From Erysipelothrix inopinata (lineage in GTDB: Bacteria > Bacillota_I > Bacilli_A > Erysipelotrichales > Erysipelotrichaceae): DNA of 32,000 nucleotides. The position numbers and the translations under genes were made by a program. Each line of letters opens with the position of its first letter. Positions within the stretch are counted from its first letter, which is position 1. Where the stretch lies: the NCBI RefSeq assembly GCF_014396165.1, contig NZ_CP060715.1, forward strand, positions 1,800,001 to 1,832,000. The letters run 5' to 3'. This document shows positions 19,066-27,065 of the stretch, one piece after another. The notes beneath the pieces were generated by a model. It was given only the letters and a program-made list of their open reading frames with translations. It did no database searches and had not been told where the DNA came from.

Positions 19066-19261
19066 TAAACATCTGACCCCTTTTTATATTGTGTTAAATA
19101 GTCATCAATAGCTGCATTCTTTCATTCTATTATTATGTTTATATGAAACCCTTTGTGTTGAGTTGTAATGAAATTGCGACACTATCTATCCTAATTACTA
19201 TAGATATTTTAGCACTATACACTCATTTAAGCAAGCGGTTACATAAAGGCCATAATAAACT

Positions 19262-19283
19262 AAAACCCTCCACAGAGGGTTTT
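19262..19283 (-). terminator. Hairpin immediately after the BMP lipoprotein gene, likely a partial terminator or attenuator
   Basis: AAAACCCTC-CACA-GAGGGTTTT (9 bp), 4 nt from the stop codon. The downstream tract is only moderately T-rich (AGTTTATTAT). Confidence 0.55.
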
Positions 19284-19287
19284 GGTT

Positions 19288-20394
19288 TTAGTTATAAATA
19301 ACTTTTACTTTTTCAAGTTTGATATTTCCGAAATCATTATCATGTGTTTTTTCCATCTTAGTTCTGATTCCGTCTTTATCTTCTTTCAATTCTTTATAAA
19401 TCTTATCGTAGTCAGCTTGTTTGAATTTTTCAAAACGGCTTGTATCCATTGGTAGTCCAACGGAATCTACATCGATACCATAAGAAAGTGTTTGTCCACC
19501 AGGGAATTCATTCTTAAAGTGTTTTGTTAGAGCATCCTTAACTGAAGTTTGTAATTGCTTAATAGCAGATGTAATAACTACATCACTTTCTTTACTTTGA
19601 TCAGAGTCAACTCCGATTGCTTTTTTGTTTGCTGATTCAGCAGCAGCAAATACTGATGCACCAGCTCCCCCAGCAGCAGAGAAGATAACTTCAGTTCCGT
19701 TTGCATACCATCCAGCAGCTAATTGTTGAACTTCTGGTTTTGGTACGAAGCTATTAACATAGTTGTAACGAACTTCTACATCAACGCCTAATTCTTTAGC
19801 AGCAGCATCAGCACCGTATAGGTAACCAACACCGAATTTTTCAACTGCAGGAACACGAATACCACCAACGAAGCCAAGTTTTGTCATGCCTTCTTTAACT
19901 GCAGCATATCCAGCGAGGAATCCTGCTTGATGTTCTTCGTAAACTAATGACACTGTGTTTTCTCCAACTTTAACAGTTGAGAAATCGTCAGGGTCTAATT
20001 GAGGTTGACTATCGACAAAAATGAAGTGCACATCTGGGAATTCAGCTTGTGCTTGATAAACAGCTTTATTGAATAAGAAACCAGGAGTTACGATAACTTT
20101 AGCTCCACCTTGTTCAATCGCTTTTTTAATCGTATTGTAGTACTCATCATCATTTGTTGATTTAGGTCTTAGGTACCCAATTTTTACGTCTTTATTTTCT
20201 TTAGCGTATTCTTGTACCCCTTCCCAAGATCCTTGGTTGAATGAACGGTCATCGATTGTCCCTTCATCAGTAATTAATATAATATCAGCTTTACCGTCAC
20301 CGAGTTCGGCAGCAGTATCTTCTTTTTCTTTACCACAAGCAGTTAACCCTAAAACAACTACTAATGATAAAGCAACCATAAGCAACTTCTTCAT
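19288..20394 (-). CDS. BMP-family (PnrA/NupN-like) nucleoside-binding lipoprotein, the substrate-binding component of the ABC transporter
   Basis: Signal peptide plus lipobox MKKLLMVALSLVVVLGLTA|C. BMP-family body: ILITDEGTIDDRSFNQGSWEG...GFLAGYAA...GVDSDQS. GGAGG lies upstream of the start. Confidence 0.9.
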   Translation of the reverse strand: MKKLLMVALSLVVVLGLTACGKEKEDTAAELGDGKADIILITDEGTIDDRSFNQGSWEGVQEYAKENKDVKIGYLRPKSTNDDEYYNTIKKAIEQGGAKVIVTPGFLFNKAVYQAQAEFPDVHFIFVDSQPQLDPDDFSTVKVGENTVSLVYEEHQAGFLAGYAAVKEGMTKLGFVGGIRVPAVEKFGVGYLYGADAAAKELGVDVEVRYNYVNSFVPKPEVQQLAAGWYANGTEVIFSAAGGAGASVFAAAESANKKAIGVDSDQSKESDVVITSAIKQLQTSVKDALTKHFKNEFPGGQTLSYGIDVDSVGLPMDTSRFEKFKQADYDKIYKELKEDKDGIRTKMEKTHDNDFGNIKLEKVKVIYN

Positions 20395-20470
20395 ATTTTC
20401 CTCCTACAAGTTTTTCCTTGTAATCTTAGTGTATCCAATATATAAAATAAAATCAACATTTTTCGAAAGA

Positions 20471-20485
20471 ATGTAACCGCTGTCA
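20471..20485. promoter_or_regulatory. cre-like (CcpA-type) operator overlapping a TTGACA -35 hexamer upstream of the BMP/ABC operon
   Basis: ATGTAACCGCTGTCA fits both WTGNAANCGNWNNCW and TGWAANCGNTNWCA at every specified position. The rc of 20481-20486 is TTGACA. Confidence 0.5.
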
Positions 20486-20534
20486 ATATACATTTGTAGC
20501 GGTTTAGGTGCTATGTCATGACATATTGTTTGTG

Positions 20535-20560
20535 AAAAAACTCTCGAGTGATCGAGAGTT
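20535..20560 (-). terminator. Rho-independent terminator of thrS
   Basis: On the minus strand: AACTCTCGA-TCAC-TCGAGAGTT followed by TTTTTT. The stem overlaps the thrS stop codon. Confidence 0.8.
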
Positions 20561-22313
20561 AATCTTTTTCTATTTCATGAATTGTTTTGTTTTTAATCTC
20601 ATTATTGACAAGTTCTAAGAATTCTCCAAGTGAGTATGGATTTTGTGCACGCTCTCCAAATCGACGAAGGTTCACAGATTTATTTTCAATCTCTTTATCA
20701 CCAATAATAACTTGAAGCGGAATTTTATTCACTTGAGCTTCACGAAGTCTGTATCCTAATTTTTCATTACGTCCATCCACATGAACTCTAACCCCTTGTT
20801 CTTCAAGTTGTTTAGCAACTTCATAAGCATAATCCATATGGAACTCTGTATTAACTGGAATTATTTCAACTTGAGTTGGAGCTAACCAAACTGGGAAGGC
20901 ACCACCAAAGTGTTCAATTAATATTCCAATAAATCGCTCAATTGATCCAAAAATAGCACGGTGAAGCATGATTGGACGTTTTTTAGTGCCATCTTCTGCA
21001 ACATATGTTAAATCAAATCGTTCTGGTAAGTTCATATCAAGTTGGACAGTACCACATTGCCAGATACGGTTTAGCGAATCACGAACCTTGAAGTCAAGTT
21101 TAGGACCATAGAATGCACCATCTCCAGGATTGATTTTAAACTCTTTTCCTGCTGCGCGACATGCATCTTCAAGAATTTTTTCTGAATGATCCCAAACGGA
21201 AATTTCTCCAATGTATTTGTCTTCGGGTCTTGTTGATAATTCAATTGAGTATGTTAGACCAAATACTGTATAAATTTCATCGATGAAATCTAGAATTTCA
21301 ACAATTTCATCTTGAAGCTGTTCTTCTGTCATAAATAAGTGGGCATCGTCTTGTGTAAAGGAACGCACGCGGAATAGTCCGTTCAATGCACCACTTGCCT
21401 CGTGACGATGAACCGTGCCCATCTCAGCAAGACGAATTGGTAAGTCACGATATGAATGAAGACCATTCTTATAAACTAACATTCCACCTGGACAGTTCAT
21501 TGGTTTAATTGCAAATTCACGGTCATCAATTGTTGATGTGTACATGTTATCACGATAATTTTGCCAGTGACCTGAAATTTCCCAAAGTTCTTTATTTAAC
21601 ATTGTAGGCGTTTGTGTAAATACATAGCCACGACGAACATGAGCTGCATGATAGTATTCGTCAAGTGCATGGCGGAGTGTCATACCATTTGGTAGCCAGA
21701 ATGGGAATCCTGGACCATATTCACTCATCATGAAGAGTTCAAGTTCGCGACCTAATTTTTTATGGTCACGTGCTTTCGCAGCTTCTAGCCATTCAAGGTA
21801 GGCATCAAGATCCTCTTGAGTTTCGAATGTAATACCGTAAACACGTTGCAACATTTTATTGTTTGCATCACCTTTCCAGTAAGCACCAGAAACTTTTGTA
21901 AGCTTGAAATATTTCATTTTCTTTGTTGTTTCAACATGAGGTCCGCGACATAAGTCGATAAACTCCGCTTGACGATACGCTGAAATTGTCTCGTCATCTG
22001 AAAGATTGTTGATAATGTCAACTTTATAAGGGTCGTCACCAAATTCTTCTAAAGCTTCCGCTTTAGAGAGTTCAATACGAGTAATTCTTTTATCCTCTTT
22101 AGCTATCTTACGCATCATCGATTCAATTTTTGGAAGGTCCTCTTCAGTGATTTTATCATCACCTAAGTCGATGTCATAATAGAAACCATCTTCGATGACA
22201 GGTCCTACCCAAAAATGAGCTTGGGGATATAATCTTTTAACTGCATGTGCAAGTAAGTGTGCAGATGAGTGATTCAACACATTTAACTGCGGATCTTCTT
22301 TAATATTAACCAT
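20559..22313 (-). CDS. thrS: Threonine--tRNA ligase (584 aa, lacking the N-terminal TGS domain)
   Basis: Editing-domain motif HSSAHLLAH near the N-terminus, a class II core (FRVRSFTQDDAHLF, GAFYGPKLDF) and a C-terminal anticodon-binding domain. It is preceded by a Thr T-box leader. Confidence 0.95.
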   Translation of the reverse strand: MVNIKEDPQLNVLNHSSAHLLAHAVKRLYPQAHFWVGPVIEDGFYYDIDLGDDKITEEDLPKIESMMRKIAKEDKRITRIELSKAEALEEFGDDPYKVDIINNLSDDETISAYRQAEFIDLCRGPHVETTKKMKYFKLTKVSGAYWKGDANNKMLQRVYGITFETQEDLDAYLEWLEAAKARDHKKLGRELELFMMSEYGPGFPFWLPNGMTLRHALDEYYHAAHVRRGYVFTQTPTMLNKELWEISGHWQNYRDNMYTSTIDDREFAIKPMNCPGGMLVYKNGLHSYRDLPIRLAEMGTVHRHEASGALNGLFRVRSFTQDDAHLFMTEEQLQDEIVEILDFIDEIYTVFGLTYSIELSTRPEDKYIGEISVWDHSEKILEDACRAAGKEFKINPGDGAFYGPKLDFKVRDSLNRIWQCGTVQLDMNLPERFDLTYVAEDGTKKRPIMLHRAIFGSIERFIGILIEHFGGAFPVWLAPTQVEIIPVNTEFHMDYAYEVAKQLEEQGVRVHVDGRNEKLGYRLREAQVNKIPLQVIIGDKEIENKSVNLRRFGERAQNPYSLGEFLELVNNEIKNKTIHEIEKD

Positions 22314-22331
22314 AATATCTCTCCTTTATAT

Positions 22332-22546
22332 AATAAAAGCGTCCATTCGACAAAAGGACGAATGGACGCGGTACCACCTTTAATTCACTAAAAATATAGT
22401 GCTCTCAAACTGTTAACGCCAGCATACGGAACCTTTTCGAAAGTTCAACTCTGAGATGGTAATTAAAGACTTTTACGAGAAGTTTTCACCAACCACTTCA
22501 CTCTCTAGTTCAAAGTACCTTTAACCTTGTTCTCTTCAATGTTTAT
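22332..22546 (-). ncRNA. T-box riboswitch leader (threonine-specific) controlling thrS
   Basis: Minus strand: conserved T-box sequence AAGGTGGTACCGCG (rc of 22367-22380) overlaps the 5' arm of the terminator GCGTCCATTCG-9 nt-CGAATGGACGC plus TTTTATTA (22332-22369). AGAGA-type stem I motifs are present. The candidate specifier is ACC followed by A (rc of 22458-22460). Confidence 0.85.
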
Positions 22547-22552
22547 AGATAC

Positions 22553-22580
22553 ATTATACAAATAATTTAATAAAAAACAA
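22553..22580 (-). promoter_or_regulatory. Promoter of the thrS T-box leader
   Basis: On the minus strand: TTGTTT (22575-22580), 16 nt spacer, TATAAT (22553-22558). Confidence 0.55.
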
Positions 22581-22669
22581 GTTAGAATGCTCTATTAATA
22601 ACTATTTTACTATTAATTCTCATTTAGTGAACAATTCACAAAGTATTGTAACCCTTTTCATTGTTGTCA

Positions 22670-22678
22670 TGATATAAT
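22670..22678 (+). promoter_or_regulatory. Extended -10 promoter element for the plus-strand lipoprotein gene
   Basis: TGATATAAT (TGnTATAAT) lies 45 nt upstream of the ATG at 22723. There is no good -35 hexamer at 17 nt. Confidence 0.5.
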
Positions 22679-22722
22679 TGTGTTGTGAAAGGAAGTTAAG
22701 CAATTAACTCTATGGTAAAGTT

Positions 22723-23531
22723 ATGAAAAAAACTTTAATAATTTGCCTTGTGCTAATTCTGACCTTAGCGGGTTGTTCCAAAAAAGATACAGGTTCCAAT
22801 GACGATGGGGGAAACCTGAACCACAAAAAGTGGTTGCTAAATTGGATACTAACAAACCATTCGTATATAGTGAAATTAAAGAAAAATATGATCAAAAGGA
22901 ATCAATATCAAAATTCCTTGGAGAATCTATCTCGATGTCAAAAGGACCTATTTCCAAAGATCCTTACATGGGAGATCTTCAAAATATAACATTGAATTTT
23001 GATACCGAATCTTCAAAGAAAATTCAAGATGAATTAAACAAAGAAATTGATACTCTCGAAAAAGATCAAGTGAAATATGAAAATATGAAGGGAACTTTTG
23101 CACTCATTAATTACGCTGAAACTGATAATACAATTTCATTTATGACTTTCAAAAGTATCTTCCCTACCGTCCCTGCTGATGTCGGTATGTACACGATAAA
23201 GTCTTATGTTTTCAGCAAAAAAGATGGAAAACCAATGAACAAAAATGAAGTCTTAGACCTTGCAAAAGTTACCAATGATGATATTTACGAACAAATGATT
23301 AAAAATCTCAAACCAGAAGAACCTGACTACGATAAGAATGCAATCGACTACAAGATTGCTTTTGATTCTTGTGATGCAACAAAGTATGAAAAATGTATCT
23401 CAATTGGTACTGAGGATTCTTTATATATTAATGAAAACGGAAAGCTAAGTGTGATATTAACCTATCGCTATCTAACTCAAAATGCATTGGATCCTGACGC
23501 TGTATTCTATCTTGTTTTCCAAATGAATTAA
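22723..23531 (+). pseudogene. Lipoprotein gene interrupted by a frameshift. The signal peptide and lipobox are in frame 1 and the mature body is in frame 3.
   Basis: Frame 1 encodes MKKTLIICLVLILTLAG|CSKKDTGSNDDGG..., then runs into low-quality sequence and stops at 22989. The 233-aa body ORF (track 22830..23531) is open from 22803 in the -1 frame and has no SD sequence of its own. G5 (22807-22811) and A5 (22825-22829) tracts lie in the region where both frames are open. Confidence 0.7.
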
Positions 23532-23560
23532 GTTAATTATTATAGCTACTATGAGATTGC

Positions 23561-23602
23561 AGAAGACCCCAACAAGTGTTGGAGACTTCTTTTTATTTTT
23601 TT
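23561..23602 (+). terminator. Rho-independent terminator of the lipoprotein gene
   Basis: Imperfect hairpin AGAAGACCCCAAC-AAGT-GTTGGAGACTTCT followed by TTTTTATTTTTTT. Confidence 0.6.
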
Positions 23603-23648
23603 CACGTATTTTCGAGTAGCAAAAACATAATTAAACTAAAGCTAATGT

Positions 23649-24875
23649 CTATAAAATTATATTTCCCGCTTCGATAATGGTTACTTCCTGACCATCTTTT
23701 GTAATTCCAACCGCATTCATATCTTCACTACCAAACATAAAGTCTACGTGAATCATAGATTGGTTTACATTATGTTTAAGAAGTTCTTCTCGATCCATCA
23801 TACCACCATCGGGAATTAATGGATAACCTTGTCCAAGAGCAATATGACACGATGCATTTTCATCAAAGAGTGTATTATAGAATAATAAGTTTAAATTTGA
23901 GATTGGTGAATCATGAGAAATTAACGCAATTTCTCCAATACGATTACTGTTTTCATCCGTTGCAAGGAGTTCTTTTAGTGCATCATAACCCTGTTTCGCA
24001 TCAAAATCAACGACGACACCATTTTCAAATTTCAACCAGAATTCATCAATCAAACGTCCATTATTGTTTAAGGGTTTCGTGTTGTATACAATACCATCGA
24101 CCGCCAATCTGTCTGGTGTTGTAAAGGATTCCTCAGTTGGAATATTCGCGTTAAATGCGATTCCTTTTTGAGAATTTTTCTTTCCGCCATTCCATATATG
24201 ATTTTCTACTAAGCCTACTTGAATGTCCGTTCCTTTAGCATTTTTAAATTTAATTGCTTTAAAATCATAGTCATTAAGAAGTTTATTTTGGTGAGCAAGT
24301 ACTTCATTATGTTCTACCCATGCTTGTTGCGGATCGTTATCTTCTGTTACTCGTGAAGCATATAGAATGCTTTCATATAGTTTTTGGTATCCTTCTTCAC
24401 GTTCTGCATCTGGAAATACCGCTTTAGCCCAATTGTAGGTTGGGTATGCTGCAACTAACCATTGACCTTGGCTACTCATGGAGTAGTTTCTAAACTTAGC
24501 CATCGCCTTACCATTTGCTTGCATTGATGCGGAAACTTTCTTGCTATCAACATCATCCATTAATCCTGGATTAGGACTTCTCAACGCAATCATGCAAAGA
24601 TCACGGTGACGATAGTCTTCGTATTCATCAACTTTCCAGCTAGGTATGTCTGTTAAGGTTTCTGTATCCATGTGGAGATAATTAAGTCTCGTAATGGCTT
24701 CACTAGTAAACTTAACGATAACTTCCTTTGCACCATTTTCATAGGCGATTTCAGTTAAAATCGTTACAAACTCATGATGTTCAGGTCCAGCGTTAATTAG
24801 CAATGTTTGCCCTTCTTGAACATTAACACCTGTTTTAACAAGTAGTTCTGCATATTTTCTATCTAAATTTTTCAT
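23649..24875 (-). CDS. M29-family aminopeptidase (AmpS/PepS-like), copy 2
   Basis: NIPTEESFTTPD, NTLFDENASCHIALG, HVDFMFGS. Full length at 408 aa. AAGGAGA lies upstream. Confidence 0.9.
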   Translation of the reverse strand: MKNLDRKYAELLVKTGVNVQEGQTLLINAGPEHHEFVTILTEIAYENGAKEVIVKFTSEAITRLNYLHMDTETLTDIPSWKVDEYEDYRHRDLCMIALRSPNPGLMDDVDSKKVSASMQANGKAMAKFRNYSMSSQGQWLVAAYPTYNWAKAVFPDAEREEGYQKLYESILYASRVTEDNDPQQAWVEHNEVLAHQNKLLNDYDFKAIKFKNAKGTDIQVGLVENHIWNGGKKNSQKGIAFNANIPTEESFTTPDRLAVDGIVYNTKPLNNNGRLIDEFWLKFENGVVVDFDAKQGYDALKELLATDENSNRIGEIALISHDSPISNLNLLFYNTLFDENASCHIALGQGYPLIPDGGMMDREELLKHNVNQSMIHVDFMFGSEDMNAVGITKDGQEVTIIEAGNIIL

Positions 24876-24889
24876 TGTGTCTCCTTTAT

Positions 24890-24915
24890 AAAAAAGCGTG
24901 ACGAATCACGCTTTT
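24890..24915 (-). terminator. Hairpin terminator between the two M29 aminopeptidase genes
   Basis: On the minus strand: AGCGTGA-TTCG-TCACGCT followed by TTTTTT. It overlaps the stop of the upstream copy, and the RBS of the downstream copy follows directly. Confidence 0.65.
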
Positions 24916-26140
24916 AAATAACAAAATTTCCTTTATCAAATACTGTTATTTCTTGATTATCGTAAGTTAAACCAATAACACTCATATCTTCGCTACCAAA
25001 CATGAAATCTTCATGGTTGATTGAGTCATTTGAATTATGTGCTAAAAGTTCCTCTTGTGTCATTTCTGTACCACCCTTGATATTCATTGGGTAAGCACGT
25101 CCTAAAGCCATATGGCATGACGCATTTTCATCAAAAAGCGTATTGTAAAATAAAATGTTTAAATCCGAAATCGGAGATTGATGAGAAATAAGAGCGATTT
25201 CTCCAATATGACGACTTCCTTCATCAGTATCAAGAAGTTGTTGGAGTGTTTCTTTTTCTTGTTTAGCATCAAAATCAATAACTTTACCATCTTTAAATTC
25301 TAACCAGAACTCATCAATAAGTTTTCCGTTATAGTTAAGAGGTTTTGTAGAGTAAACTCTACCATTTACATTTAAACGATCCGGCATTGTGAATGATTCT
25401 TCAGTTGGCATATTTGGATTAAAAGTTGTACCTTTTTCTGAAGTTTCTTCACCGCCAGCCCAAACGTGATCTTTTACAAGACCTACTACTATATCTGTTC
25501 CCTTATCATTTTTAAAATGTAATGATTTAAAGTTAAAGTCGTTTAAGACCTTATTTTGATGGGCAAGAACATGGTTATGTTTGTCCCATGCTTCGACCGG
25601 ATCATCATTTTCATTAATTCTAACTGCATAGAGAATTGATTCAAATAGTTTTTGGTATGCTTCTTCATCTGAGAGTTCAGGGAAGACTACACGTGCCCAA
25701 GCAACTGTAGGAAGTGAAATGAGTGACCATTGACCACGATTAGCCATTGTATACTCTCTCATGCGTTTAAGAGCTTCTCCTTGTGCCTTAGCTTGTGCAG
25801 CAAGTTTCTCACCATCAACATCAGCCATAAGCCCTGGTGATGGCGCGTAGACAGAAAGCCTACATAAATCTTCACTTAAATAATCATCATTTTCATCGAT
25901 TAACCATTGTGGTACTCGTGTAAATGTTTCAATATCTTGGTGTAATGCATGTTCTTTAGCAATAACATCATCGCCATACTTAACGACAACACGTTTTGCA
26001 CCACATGCGTATGCTTCCTTAACAAGTAAACGAGCAAATTCATAGTGTTCAGCTTTAATATTGATAATCAAAGTTTGACCCTTTTGAACATTAACTCCAA
26101 CTTGTACAGCAAGTTTTGCGTATTTTTCTAATAAAGTCAT
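24914..26140 (-). CDS. M29-family aminopeptidase (AmpS/PepS-like), copy 1
   Basis: NMPTEESFTMPD, NTLFDENASCHMALG, HEDFMFGS. Start trimmed to MTLLEKYAKLAV (ATG 26138-26140) after GAGGAAC. It overlaps the glucokinase stop (TAATG). Confidence 0.9.
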   Translation of the reverse strand: MTLLEKYAKLAVQVGVNVQKGQTLIINIKAEHYEFARLLVKEAYACGAKRVVVKYGDDVIAKEHALHQDIETFTRVPQWLIDENDDYLSEDLCRLSVYAPSPGLMADVDGEKLAAQAKAQGEALKRMREYTMANRGQWSLISLPTVAWARVVFPELSDEEAYQKLFESILYAVRINENDDPVEAWDKHNHVLAHQNKVLNDFNFKSLHFKNDKGTDIVVGLVKDHVWAGGEETSEKGTTFNPNMPTEESFTMPDRLNVNGRVYSTKPLNYNGKLIDEFWLEFKDGKVIDFDAKQEKETLQQLLDTDEGSRHIGEIALISHQSPISDLNILFYNTLFDENASCHMALGRAYPMNIKGGTEMTQEELLAHNSNDSINHEDFMFGSEDMSVIGLTYDNQEITVFDKGNFVI

Positions 26141-27051
26141 TATAGTTCCTCTTTTGAATAACATAACATTGCGGCACCGATAACTCCTGGTTCTTCAAGT
26201 GATGCCATAACAAATTCAGTATCTCTCATTTGAGGATGAACTAAATCTTGATATGCAGCAATCATTTTATCCCAGTATAAATCGCGTGACTTAGTCACAC
26301 CACCACCAACTACGAATACATGTGGGTCACAAACATGTGCTATACATGAAAGCATCATTCCCATATCATAGCTCATGTTGTCGATGATTTCTTTCGCTGC
26401 TTCGTTGCCTTCTTCATAAAGCTTAAATACTTGATAGCCTGAAGTGATTTCAGGATCAATTAATTTTTGAGCTTTACGTACGATTGCGGAACCACTCGCT
26501 TCATTCTCAACTGCACCAGCATTAAGTGAGTTTACATCACTTAAACGTGGGCGGCTGCGATCAATCACAATGTTTCCGACCTCTCCGGCATATCCTTTAT
26601 TTCCTGAAACAACATGCCCGTCTACTACAAGTGCGCCACCAATACCTGTTGAATGCGTAAAGTAATAAACAACACGTTTTCCCTTACCTGAGCCAACTAA
26701 GGCTTCAGCAAGTCCAGCAACATTGGCATCATTATCCATGTATACTGGTAGTTTAAATTCATTTTTAAAGAAATCAACAATTGGATATCCAGTAAATCCT
26801 TTAAGATTGGTTGCGAGTGAAACACAACCTCTTTCTGTATCAACTGGCCCAGGTATTCCTATTCCTATTCCTAAACAGTCCTTAAAGTGCTCTAAGTTGT
26901 TAATCATATCTACGATATTGTTAAGAACAATCTCAGGTCCCTCAGTTGCTAAAGAAGGGCGCTTTATTTCTTCAATAATTTCGCCCATCTCATCTACAAC
27001 AGCGACACGAACATTTGTTCCTCCAATATCGATACCTAAATATCTCGACAT
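26140..27051 (-). CDS. glcK: ROK-family glucokinase
   Basis: N-terminal ATP motif LGIDIGGTNVRVAVVD, plus DNDANVAGLAE and GIGGALVVDG. AAGGGGGA RBS upstream. Confidence 0.8.
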   Translation of the reverse strand: MSRYLGIDIGGTNVRVAVVDEMGEIIEEIKRPSLATEGPEIVLNNIVDMINNLEHFKDCLGIGIGIPGPVDTERGCVSLATNLKGFTGYPIVDFFKNEFKLPVYMDNDANVAGLAEALVGSGKGKRVVYYFTHSTGIGGALVVDGHVVSGNKGYAGEVGNIVIDRSRPRLSDVNSLNAGAVENEASGSAIVRKAQKLIDPEITSGYQVFKLYEEGNEAAKEIIDNMSYDMGMMLSCIAHVCDPHVFVVGGGVTKSRDLYWDKMIAAYQDLVHPQMRDTEFVMASLEEPGVIGAAMLCYSKEEL

Positions 27052-27065
27052 TGTTGTCCCCCTTG

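Noticed and set aside
18966-20558. A purine, 2'-dG or other nucleoside-sensing riboswitch in front of the transporter genes.
   Set aside because: I could not find the conserved purine-riboswitch junction and loop sequences or a three-way-junction arrangement in either leader. Only protein-operator-like motifs are visible.
22592-22639. CTATTAAT direct repeats (22592-22599 and 22610-22617) and the inverted repeat GTGAA-CAA-TTCAC (22627-22639) in the thrS/lipoprotein divergent region. The inverted repeat was considered as a Rex- or Crp/Fnr-type site.
   Set aside because: The arm spacing (3 nt between the GTGAA/TTCAC arms, 5 nt between the GTGA/TCAC cores) does not fit Rex (N4) or Crp/Fnr (N6). 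The CTATT repeats are low-complexity AT-rich sequence consistent with an UP-like region.
22712-22726. A tiny uORF (MVKL) whose stop overlaps the lipoprotein ATG (ATGA).
   Set aside because: It is only four codons long, and the nearest SD-like sequence (AAGGAAG) lies about 17 nt upstream, which is too far. This is most likely coincidental.
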